A stretch of 63,970 nt of DNA, counting the filler, from an uncultured Gemmatimonadota bacterium (lineage in GTDB: Bacteria; Blakebacterota; Blakebacteria; Blakebacterales; Blakebacteraceae), in NCBI GenBank assembly GCA_964576115.1. It is 3 parts of 3 records of this genome, joined end to end, with 100 filler letters (N's around TTAATTAATTAA, not from the genome) between each part and the next. Parts side by side here need not be neighbours in the genome. Positions count along the whole stretch, not along the records: positions 1 to 30,389 come from CAZNUA010000041.1; 2 more parts are not named here. One strand, 5' to 3'. The notes beneath the pieces were generated by a model. It was given only the letters and a program-made list of their open reading frames with translations, searched no databases and was not told the DNA's origin. Below, piece by piece: positions 1 through 8,132 of the stretch (position 1 is its first letter; every line of letters starts with the position of its first letter). A program made the translations under genes and the position numbers.

Positions 1-16
1 CTTATTGCACTACCTG

Positions 17-2722
17 TTATTCCTCCCTCAGCACCTGCATGGGCTCTACCCGGGTCACTCCTCGAGCCGCCATACCAGCCGCTGCGACGCACAGGGCGCC
101 CAGAAGGAGGATTGTGCCACCGAAGGTCCACGCATCCCAGGGCTGTATGCCATAAAAGAAGGTCGTGAGGGCGCGGGTGATGACCAGGGCGCCGACGATG
201 CCGAGGAGGATTCCCAGCCCTCCGGCCCTGAGGGCGGACAGGGCCATCATCCTCACCAGACGCCTTCCTCGAGCTCCCAGTGCCATGCGAATGCCCATCT
301 CACGGGTTCGATGGGCCACGTTCCGGGCCGTCACTCCGAACACGCCCACCAGGGCCAGAACCGTCGCCAGAATAGCGAAAGCCGTGACCAGGAAGGTCCG
401 GAAGCGCTCCGCGCCCTCCGATTGAGTGATGAGGACCTCCAGGGTGGTTTCCTGGGCGACGGGGACGCCGGGATCCACTGCCCGGACGGCTTCCCGCATG
501 AGCGGCACAAGACTCGCCGGATCCCCGCTGGTTCGCGCCACGATGCTGAAGTCCTTGGAGGAGAAAGAGGCATGCCGGTAGACCATGAGAGAGGGTTCTT
601 CCGCCAGGTGCTGTTCCCGCACGTCTCCGACCACTCCGATGATCCGATAGCGGTCGGCGCCGTCGACGATCCTGGCATCGAGGGGTGAGCCGACAGCCCG
701 GATCTGTCGGGCTATGGTCTCGTTAATAATGTAGACCTCGTCGGCACCCTCATCCCCGTCCGCGTCGGTGAAGTTCCGCCCCGCCAGGAGGGGGATGTCC
801 ATGGCGGCGAAATAGCCCGGGGAGACGTGCTGATTCCGAGCAAAAACGGACTGCGGTTCTTCGCCGTCGGTTCCTTCGACCTGGAGCGATAGACTTCCCG
901 TGGACCGCCCGGGAAAGGGCAACCCGTCGACCGCTCCGGCCCGAAGGACTCCCGGAATGGCCCTAATCCTATCAAGGGCCTCCCGACGCAGCCGCCTGGT
1001 CCCATCCAGTCGGGCCTTGCTATCGGTTCCGAAATACCCCTCGGGAATCTCCAGGCGCACCGTGGCTACGCCCCGGGCATCAAAGCCCGGATCCACCTTT
1101 CCGAGTTCCCCCAGGCTCCTGATCAGAAGGCCGCCGGTGATCAACAGGACCACGGTCAGCGCCAACTCACCCGTCACCAGGAAAGCCTGTACCTGCCCGC
1201 CCCCACCCGTACTCCACCGCCCGCCCCTCAGAAGCAGGTCGTGGATCGAGCGCCTGTGCTGGAGGAAGGTCGGGCCAAAGCCGAAAATGACAGCGCACGC
1301 CACTCCGGTGACAACGGACACCAGGAGAACGGTCTGGTTCACCGCCACGTCCTGGAGTCGGGGGAGAGCCGGGCCCATGGCGAGAAACGCCCGGATTCCC
1401 ACGGGCGTGAGCGCCAGGCCTGCCAGGGAGCCGGCAACACCCAGGATCAGGCTCTCAGTGAGGAACTGGCGGGCGATGCGCCCCCGGCTGGCTCCCATGG
1501 CCACCCGGATGGAGATCTCTGCCCTCCGGTCGAGGGCCTCTCCCAGCAGGAGGGTGGCGGCGTTGCCGCAGGCGATCAGGAGAAGGAGCCCCGCGGCGGC
1601 CAGGAGAAGAAGAAGGGAATCGCGGTGTCCACCCACGACCTGTTCCCTGGGGGTGTCCAGGTGAAAGCGAAGCGCCTCCGGGCTCTGCCCGGCCCTGAGG
1701 AGGGTATCGACCTCATCCAGGGCCTGCTCCCCGGTCACCCCGGACCGAAGACGACCCACGACCTCAAAATCCGTCCTTCCGTTGGGGTCGTCTACTCTGT
1801 TCCAGTTCGCCGGGATCCAGAGCGCCCGGTCCCCGGTGTCGATGGCGGAGTTATAGGCATTGTAGAAGGTGCTGTAGACCCGGGTTCCCCGGGGCAGGAC
1901 GCCGATGACCTCGAAGGGCTCCCCGTTCAGCTGCAGGGACCGCCCCACCATCGCGGGATCGGCACCGAAGCGCCCCTGCCAGAGCTCGTGACTCAGCATG
2001 ACCAGGCGTGGGGCTCCAGGTCCCTCTTCGCCGGGCAGGAAGGTCCGCCCCAGAAGAGGCCGGATGCCCAGGAGGGGGAAGAAACCGGCGCTGACTTCTC
2101 CTGCGTCCAATTTCACCGGATCGCCCTGGCTCGATAGGGTGGCTGTCGAAGCCCTGTGGACGGCCACTCCCTGAAACGTCCGGGTCTCGTCGCGCAGCCT
2201 GAGGAATTCGTTCCATCGCAGGCCGAACCTGTCCCAGACATTTCCCAGAACGGGGTTGTCCCTCCAGGCGGGGAAAGTCTTGCGGACCGTCACCAGTTCC
2301 TCGGGGCGCTCGTAGGCCAGATCCTTGAGCAGGATACCGTCCACCAGGCTGAACATCGTCGCGGTGGTACCGATGCCCAGGCCCAGGATCCCTACAACGA
2401 GAAGAGCGAAGGAGGGACGTTTTCGCAGAGTTCTGAGCCCGAAACGCAAATCACGCCCCAGGTCACGAACGCCCTCTCCTGCTGCCCCGGTCCGAGTCAC
2501 CGGCTGCGCCCCACCCGTCCTTTCACCCGTGCCGCCTCGCACCAGGCCGGCCAGACCGGCGAGAAGTGCTCGCCGCAATTCCTTGCGCCGCCACCGGTCT
2601 CCGGCGACTTCACCCAGATCCCGGGTCTTTCGCTGGTGTAGCTCATCCAGTTCCTCGAAGAACCGGTCGACCTCCTCCTCGCCCACTCTCCGGGCCAGAA
2701 GCCACCGTACGAGGTCATTCAT
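17..2722 (-). CDS. ADOP-family duplicated orphan ABC transporter permease (MacB-type periplasmic + FtsX domains, twice)
   Basis: 901 aa ORF; DLRFGLRTLRKRP...LGLGIGTTATMFSLVDGILL start motif, LLLIACGNAATLLL, EMGIRMALGA, C-terminal VEPMQVLREE; overlaps the upstream padR stop (ATGA). Confidence 0.93.
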   Translation of the reverse strand: MNDLVRWLLARRVGEEEVDRFFEELDELHQRKTRDLGEVAGDRWRRKELRRALLAGLAGLVRGGTGERTGGAQPVTRTGAAGEGVRDLGRDLRFGLRTLRKRPSFALLVVGILGLGIGTTATMFSLVDGILLKDLAYERPEELVTVRKTFPAWRDNPVLGNVWDRFGLRWNEFLRLRDETRTFQGVAVHRASTATLSSQGDPVKLDAGEVSAGFFPLLGIRPLLGRTFLPGEEGPGAPRLVMLSHELWQGRFGADPAMVGRSLQLNGEPFEVIGVLPRGTRVYSTFYNAYNSAIDTGDRALWIPANWNRVDDPNGRTDFEVVGRLRSGVTGEQALDEVDTLLRAGQSPEALRFHLDTPREQVVGGHRDSLLLLLAAAGLLLLIACGNAATLLLGEALDRRAEISIRVAMGASRGRIARQFLTESLILGVAGSLAGLALTPVGIRAFLAMGPALPRLQDVAVNQTVLLVSVVTGVACAVIFGFGPTFLQHRRSIHDLLLRGGRWSTGGGGQVQAFLVTGELALTVVLLITGGLLIRSLGELGKVDPGFDARGVATVRLEIPEGYFGTDSKARLDGTRRLRREALDRIRAIPGVLRAGAVDGLPFPGRSTGSLSLQVEGTDGEEPQSVFARNQHVSPGYFAAMDIPLLAGRNFTDADGDEGADEVYIINETIARQIRAVGSPLDARIVDGADRYRIIGVVGDVREQHLAEEPSLMVYRHASFSSKDFSIVARTSGDPASLVPLMREAVRAVDPGVPVAQETTLEVLITQSEGAERFRTFLVTAFAILATVLALVGVFGVTARNVAHRTREMGIRMALGARGRRLVRMMALSALRAGGLGILLGIVGALVITRALTTFFYGIQPWDAWTFGGTILLLGALCVAAAGMAARGVTRVEPMQVLREE

Positions 2723-3048
2723 CGGGCACCGTCCAGCTCGGCTGCAATGCCGTCCCAGAGGCCCAGGATGGATGCCCGCATGTCACGGAGTCTGTCCATG
2801 CCTGCCGGCGTGATGCGGAAATAGCGCCGGGCTCGTCCGGACCCCGGCGAGTTTTCCTCCAGGTGAGAGCGCAGCAGACCTTTCTCCTCCAGGCGCCTGA
2901 GGGCGATGAACACGGCTGACTGGGAAGGGGCATGGCGGGTGCGCTCTTCGATCTCCAGAACCACCGAGACCGAGTAGGCCTCATCTTTCAGGCGGAGGGC
3001 GGCGAGAAGAACCTGATGCTCGAGGTCTCCCAGGGCGTTTCGTGACAT
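2719..3048 (-). CDS. PadR-family transcriptional regulator
   Basis: LGDLEHQVLLAALRL...AVFIALRRLEEKGLL...RARRYFRITPAG winged helix; ATG at 3048 preceded by GAGGCGAG. Confidence 0.9.
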   Translation of the reverse strand: MSRNALGDLEHQVLLAALRLKDEAYSVSVVLEIEERTRHAPSQSAVFIALRRLEEKGLLRSHLEENSPGSGRARRYFRITPAGMDRLRDMRASILGLWDGIAAELDGAR

Positions 3049-3205
3049 GGCTCGCCTCACGATCTGAGGAGTTCACTATAGTTGCTATGCTACATAACGG
3101 TGCCCGGGCTGAAATTGTTCCCTTGAATCCCGACCTGCCGCGGTATCGGGGTGGATACGGCGCGATATCCGAAGAACACGAGGAGAGAGTCTCTTTCCCC
3201 ATCTT

Positions 3206-3253
3206 ACAGATCGATCCTGAGTACGTATATCGTGCCGGTCCTGGTGCCGCCTG
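3206..3253 (+). repeat. Dispersed ~35-50 bp motif, copy 1 of 4 (most diverged)
   Basis: ACAGATCGAT-N3-GAGTACGTATATCGTGCCGGTCCTGGTGCCGCCTG; 27/35 identical to the core at 11390 and shares ACAGATCGAT in the same register. Confidence 0.65.
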
Positions 3254-3398
3254 CCCCCGTCCCTGAACGCTCCCCCATATTGCCGTCATAACCCCCGGCT
3301 ACACTGATCAGGCACCCGGGGTGTATACCTCGTCGAGCAGTCAGATATAACGTTGTGATTTCATGAAACTCCGGGAACTCATACTCCGTATCTATGCA

Positions 3399-3432
3399 TA
3401 CCTTGTCCGACTATGTGTAGTCGGGACAAGTA
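3399..3432. promoter_or_regulatory. Long inverted repeat upstream of padR, probable PadR operator
   Basis: CTTGTCC-GACTA-TGTG-TAGTC-G-GGACAAG about 45 bp before the padR start at 3475. Confidence 0.55.
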
Positions 3433-3474
3433 ACACGCCGCATCCCCGGCCATCCGGCAGAGAGGAATCCTCAC

Positions 3475-3807
3475 ATGGGCGGAAGTGATCTCATCACCGG
3501 CACCCTCGATATCCTGATTCTGAAAGCTGTCGCCACCGGCCCGTTGCATGGGTATGCGATCGGCCGATGGTTGCGCATGCAGAGTGATGACATTCTCCAG
3601 ATCGATGAAGGCGTGCTCTATCCTGCCCTGCATCGGCTGGGGCGCAGAGGCCTGCTCTCGGCCAAGTGGGGTCATACCGACACCGGTCGCCGGGCCCGGT
3701 TCTATGCTCTCACGCCCGCCGGGCGGGAACGGCTGCAGTCCGAGAAAACCCGCTGGATCGAATACTCACAGGCCGTTCGCGGTATCCTGCTCGGTCCGGA
3801 GGGCTGA
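3475..3807 (+). CDS. PadR-family transcriptional regulator (ADOP-associated type)
   Basis: GTLDILILKA...LHGYAI...EGVLYPALHRL...RRARFYALT; GAGGA RBS. Confidence 0.95.
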   Translation: MGGSDLITGTLDILILKAVATGPLHGYAIGRWLRMQSDDILQIDEGVLYPALHRLGRRGLLSAKWGHTDTGRRARFYALTPAGRERLQSEKTRWIEYSQAVRGILLGPEG

Positions 3808-3812
3808 TACCC

Positions 3813-6449
3813 ATGCGTTTCCCTCTCTTCTTCCGCAGAGCGTTCAACATCACCGATTTCCGTCCTGGCGCGGATCGGAACGTCCGGGAAGAAATCAGCT
3901 TCTACCTGGAAATGCGCACTCGTGAGCTGATGGAGGCCGGATACGATCGGAAGCAGGCCAGCCGGTTGGCGATCGCGAAATTCGGCGACCGGGAGCAGGT
4001 GGAAGTGGAGTGCGAGAACATCGAGAAGATCAATACCAGGGAAAGACAGAGAAGATGGATGTTCGATTCTTTTCACCGTGACGTGCAGTTCGCGTTCCGT
4101 TCATTCAGGCGGCAGCCGTTCTTCAGCGGCCTGATCGTGGTGATGCTGGCCCTGGGAATCGCCGGCAACACAGCTGTGTTCAGCATGATCAACGCCGTTT
4201 TCCTGCGCCCCCTGCCGTACGAGGAAGCCGATCGCCTGGTCGATCTCGATACGACCGCCCCCCGGTGGAACCTGGAATTCGTCTTTATTACATACCCCGA
4301 CTTCGCAGCCTGGCGCGATCAGAACACCACCTTCGAGAGCATGGGAGTCTACAAGTCGCCGTCGGTGAACATGTTGAGTGAGGAAGGGGCGAAAAGACTG
4401 ACAAGCCTGCGTGTCAGCCATGACCTGAGTGAGGCCCTCAAGCTCGTTCCTCTGCTGGGCCGTACCTTCTCCGAGACAGATGAGATCGAGGGCGGGCCGA
4501 ACGTCACCATGCTTGTGAACGGATTCTGGCAGGATCATTTCGGCGGTGATCGGGATATCATCGGACACACCATCACGATCGACGGCGTGCCCCATGAGAT
4601 TGTCGGAGTCTTGCCCGACGAAGCCGCCATCAACACGGCAACCAACCTGTGGATCCCTCTCCGGGAAAATCCCACGCAACGGGGCGAATTCCACCTGAAC
4701 GGAATCGGCAGGCTTCTGGACGGGGTAACGATCGAACAGGCTCAGGCCGACCTCAACCGCATCCAGCGGGGACTGATAGAGACCGACGGTGCCGCAGAAG
4801 AAGCAATGCCGATCGTCACCGACCTGCGGACACGTCGACTCGGTGACATCCGCACAGGATCCTTCGCCGTCTGGGGAGCGGTGGCCGTTCTCCTCCTGAT
4901 CGCATGTACCAATATCGCCAGCCTCATGCTCGCCAAATCAGAGGTCCGGAAGCGGGAGTTCGGTATCCGGGCGGCAATCGGAGCGGGACGCAACTCCATC
5001 ATCCGACAGTTCCTGACCGAAAGTCTGATCCTCGCCCTCATCGGCGGTGTCATCGGCTTCCTGCTCGGCATCTGGAGTGTTTCGGTGATCGAAACCTCCT
5101 TCCCGCTCGACCTGCCGCCATGGGCAAGCCTGAACGCCGACCTGGGGGTGGTGGGTTTCAGCTTCGCAATCTGTATCGTCACCACCCTTTTCTTCGGACT
5201 CATCCCCGCCATACGTTCGACCAGAGACGGCACCAGCAGTCTCCTGGATGAGACCCGAAACCGCTCATCGGGCGGCCTCGGCACCAGACGGATCATGCGC
5301 GCCTTCGTGTCGTTTGAAGTCGCACTCGCTCTGGGCCTGCTGGTCACCGCCGCCCTGCTGGTACAGACCTACCGGAACCTGGGTACAATCGATCCCGGTT
5401 TCGACCCCGAGGGCGTTCTGACGTTCATGGTCGATCTGCCCGAGACGGATTATCCCGATTCCAGGGCAATGTATCTCTTCCACCTCTCTCTCCTCGAGCA
5501 GCTGCAAAACCTGCCCGGAGTCGAGTCCGCGGCATCAGCCAATGTCATCCCGTTAAAAGGTCATGCGGGGCGATTATTCGTACCCGATGATGCCCCCCCA
5601 CGGGCACCGGGTGAATCGGTTGCGGTCACCAACGCTCATTTCATCACGCCCGATTACGCGGAGACAGTCGGTCTCAGAATGAGAGCGGGTCGTTTTCTGA
5701 CCGAAGAGGACATTCTGGCGGTCGTCGTCAACGAATCGTACGCCCGTCATTACTGGGGTGATGAGGATCCGATCGGTCGCTTCATCGTCAGCCCCGGAAC
5801 CACACGGCCGAAGATCGAAGTGGTCGGAGTCGCCCGTGACGTGAGACATTACGGACTCGATGCGGAGTTGCGGCCCGCCCTTTACCTCCGTATGGCCCTG
5901 GGGATTGAGCGTAATCCCTATTTCGTGCTCAGGACGAATGTCGACCCAACCAGCCTGGCATCGGCAGTCAGGGAGACGGTGAGCGACCTCGATCCGGCCC
6001 TGCCGATCTACGATATGGAGACGATGCGGGAGACTCTGACAGACTCCCTCTCGTTCAGAACGGCCTACTCTATTCTGATCGGCCTCTTCGCCCTGATTGC
6101 TCTCATCCTGGCACTGGGGGGCGTCTACGGGGTGATTTCTTATGTGGTAAGTCAGCGCAGGAACGAGATCGGGATACGGATCGCCCTAGGAGCCGGGCGC
6201 GGTGAGGTCACAGGAATGGTGCTGCGTCAGGGAATCGGGATGGTCCTGGTCGGATGCGGGCCTGGGATCGGCCTCATCCTGCTCCTCTCGGGAGCCCTCT
6301 CCGGTCTGATGTTCGACACGAGCGCCGTCGATCCTCTCACCCTGACGGGAGCGACTGCGGTGCTGCTGCTGGTAGCCTTGCCGGCGAACCTGATCCCCGC
6401 CAGACGGGCTGCGGGCGCAGATCCTGCCGCGACCCTCAGGGTCGAATAG
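3813..6449 (+). CDS. ADOP-family duplicated orphan ABC transporter permease
   Basis: ORF 3666-6449 with likely start ATG 3813 just after padR; EEISFYLEMRT...KFGD prefix domain, LALGIAGNTAVFS, LLIACTNIASL, EIGIRIALGA, DPAATLRVE. Confidence 0.93.
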   Translation: MRFPLFFRRAFNITDFRPGADRNVREEISFYLEMRTRELMEAGYDRKQASRLAIAKFGDREQVEVECENIEKINTRERQRRWMFDSFHRDVQFAFRSFRRQPFFSGLIVVMLALGIAGNTAVFSMINAVFLRPLPYEEADRLVDLDTTAPRWNLEFVFITYPDFAAWRDQNTTFESMGVYKSPSVNMLSEEGAKRLTSLRVSHDLSEALKLVPLLGRTFSETDEIEGGPNVTMLVNGFWQDHFGGDRDIIGHTITIDGVPHEIVGVLPDEAAINTATNLWIPLRENPTQRGEFHLNGIGRLLDGVTIEQAQADLNRIQRGLIETDGAAEEAMPIVTDLRTRRLGDIRTGSFAVWGAVAVLLLIACTNIASLMLAKSEVRKREFGIRAAIGAGRNSIIRQFLTESLILALIGGVIGFLLGIWSVSVIETSFPLDLPPWASLNADLGVVGFSFAICIVTTLFFGLIPAIRSTRDGTSSLLDETRNRSSGGLGTRRIMRAFVSFEVALALGLLVTAALLVQTYRNLGTIDPGFDPEGVLTFMVDLPETDYPDSRAMYLFHLSLLEQLQNLPGVESAASANVIPLKGHAGRLFVPDDAPPRAPGESVAVTNAHFITPDYAETVGLRMRAGRFLTEEDILAVVVNESYARHYWGDEDPIGRFIVSPGTTRPKIEVVGVARDVRHYGLDAELRPALYLRMALGIERNPYFVLRTNVDPTSLASAVRETVSDLDPALPIYDMETMRETLTDSLSFRTAYSILIGLFALIALILALGGVYGVISYVVSQRRNEIGIRIALGAGRGEVTGMVLRQGIGMVLVGCGPGIGLILLLSGALSGLMFDTSAVDPLTLTGATAVLLLVALPANLIPARRAAGADPAATLRVE

Positions 6450-6471
6450 CAGACCAGTCGAACATCCGCAA

Positions 6472-6519
6472 TCACGGTTTCCAATCGGGGAAGTTGGAAT
6501 CCGCCACCTGCGTGACACA
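6472..6519 (-). pseudogene. C-terminal remnant of a TolB-like (PD40) protein
   Basis: Reads CVTQVADSNFPDWKP*; 19 bp (6471-6489) are identical to the 3' end of the TolB-like gene (10349-10367, ...YSPDWKP*). Confidence 0.5.
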
Positions 6520-6521
6520 AT

Positions 6522-6752
6522 CCAGACCCGGCGGATCAGCTGGACCCGGCGCATCTGTCGCTATCGCTGAAACGGAGTGGGTGCTTCCAGGTCTGCCGGG
6601 CTCAGAGTCGAGGAAGGCGGTTCAGGGGTCGCTCTGAGCAGGGCACACAGCCCCGAGGCATTCGCATACACTCCGTCGTACAGTACCTGCTGTTCGCGCA
6701 GAAAACGGAACACCTCGATCTGGAACAATTCCCGCAGGACCGGCCGGTCCCA
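6522..6752 (-). mobile_element. Degenerate, internally deleted IS91-family (Y2 HUH) transposase fragment
   Basis: One frame reads WDRPVLRELFQIEVFRFLRE-QQVLYDGVYANAS...*RQMRRVQLIRRVW, resembling the VRYYGxYxN and RWAxLIxxV motifs of IS91-type transposases; in-frame TAG at 6561-6563. Confidence 0.55.
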
Positions 6753-6787
6753 GCCGAAGACAGCTTTGCGGTGCCGAGGACGGGACT

Positions 6788-6948
6788 GACGATTCCTGGT
6801 TTACCATCATCGGGGGCGTTGCGGATGAGCGGTGCAGATCGGTATCGGCGTCCTCCTCGGTATCGGGCGGGCCTTCGCGCTGGCCTCTTTCATCCCCGCC
6901 CGTCGGGCGACCCGCATCGACCCGGTAACCGCTCTGCGATATGAATGA
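6788..6948 (+). pseudogene. Collapsed remnant of an ADOP permease gene
   Basis: DDSWFTIIGGVAD (6788-6826), then in another frame AVQIGIGVLLGIG-RAFALASFIPARRATRIDPVTALRYE* (6829-6948); both match motifs in the intact ADOP genes of this window. Confidence 0.8.
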
Positions 6949-7015
6949 CCGCTGAACCGATGTAGACTCGTCTGCGACCGTATCCGGCCTACACCGAACG
7001 GAAGCAGGCGGGTCC

Positions 7016-7879
7016 ATGTCGAGAAGGAACATCCACACCGATCTGGCTTCATTCATCACTGCCGTCCTCATCCTCATACCGGTCGGCGGCACCGTCGCCC
7101 AGTCGACGGCCTTCATCTCACCCGACGTCGTCTACGGCCATAAGGACGGGATGGCCCTGACGTTCGATGTCTTCCGGCCCGAAGGGGCAGGCAACGGCGC
7201 CGGGATCATCTACATGGTGAGCGGCGGCTGGTTCTCGATCTGGCGGGAACCGGTGAGGATGAGCGGGAATTTCACTGACCTCCTCGAGGCGGGCTTCACG
7301 GTCTTCACGGTCCGGCATGGCAGCGCCCCGCGATACAAAGTCCCTGACGCGGTGGCGGATGTCAGGAGGGCCGTACGGTTCATACGACTCAACAGTGATG
7401 CCTGGGGGATCGACCCGGAGCGACTCGGTGTCTACGGCGGCAGTGCGGGCGGGCACCTCTCGCTCATGCTGGGGTGCGCTTCAGACGAGGGTGAAGAGGA
7501 TGCTGAAGATCCGGTCCTCAGGACCTCCGACCGTGTCGCCGCGGTCGTCGCTTATTACCCCCCTGTCGACCTCAGGGCGATCACCGGACCGAACAAACGG
7601 TTTCCGGCCCTCGACTTCGACCGGGAACTGGCAGCCGCCATCTCACCCCTTCTGCACGTCACACCGGACGATCCCCCTGCTCTCCTCATCCATGGCGATG
7701 CGGATGAACTCGTCCCCCTTCGTTCCAGCCAGGTGATCCATCAGGCCTTCCTGGAAGCTGGTGTCACCACCGAGATGATCGTCCTCGAGGGCGCCCCGCA
7801 CGGGTTCAGGGGAGCATATGCCCGCCGGGCAACCGAGGCGATGGTCGCCTGGTTCGAGAAGTACCTGTTGGACAGATGA
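7016..7879 (+). CDS. Exported alpha/beta hydrolase (esterase/lipase)
   Basis: Signal peptide, SGGW oxyanion motif, GGSAG nucleophile elbow, HGDAD and HGF triad motifs. Confidence 0.9.
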   Translation: MSRRNIHTDLASFITAVLILIPVGGTVAQSTAFISPDVVYGHKDGMALTFDVFRPEGAGNGAGIIYMVSGGWFSIWREPVRMSGNFTDLLEAGFTVFTVRHGSAPRYKVPDAVADVRRAVRFIRLNSDAWGIDPERLGVYGGSAGGHLSLMLGCASDEGEEDAEDPVLRTSDRVAAVVAYYPPVDLRAITGPNKRFPALDFDRELAAAISPLLHVTPDDPPALLIHGDADELVPLRSSQVIHQAFLEAGVTTEMIVLEGAPHGFRGAYARRATEAMVAWFEKYLLDR

Positions 7880-8132
7880 GCCACAGAACCGAGATTGTCG
7901 GCCGGATCGTTGAAATTGTAGCAGCCTGTCCTGTTTTCTTGTACGTGGGAGCACCGGAAAGGCCCAATAACACCGGGATTCAGCCACATCTCCACCCGGG
8001 GGACCCGTCCCCCCGAATTAATGCATCCGACCAATAATATTGCTTTCTGTTTCACTCAGCATCTGCATGAACAGATGATTGCCGGACCGGGAGACTGAGG
8101 TATGGACACCGGAAGATCCGATACACCGGGAA

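Noticed and set aside
7880-8132. Small ORF 7741-8055 or an RNA element between the hydrolase and typA
   Set aside because: No recognisable motif or convincing structure; the ORF overlaps the hydrolase antisense.
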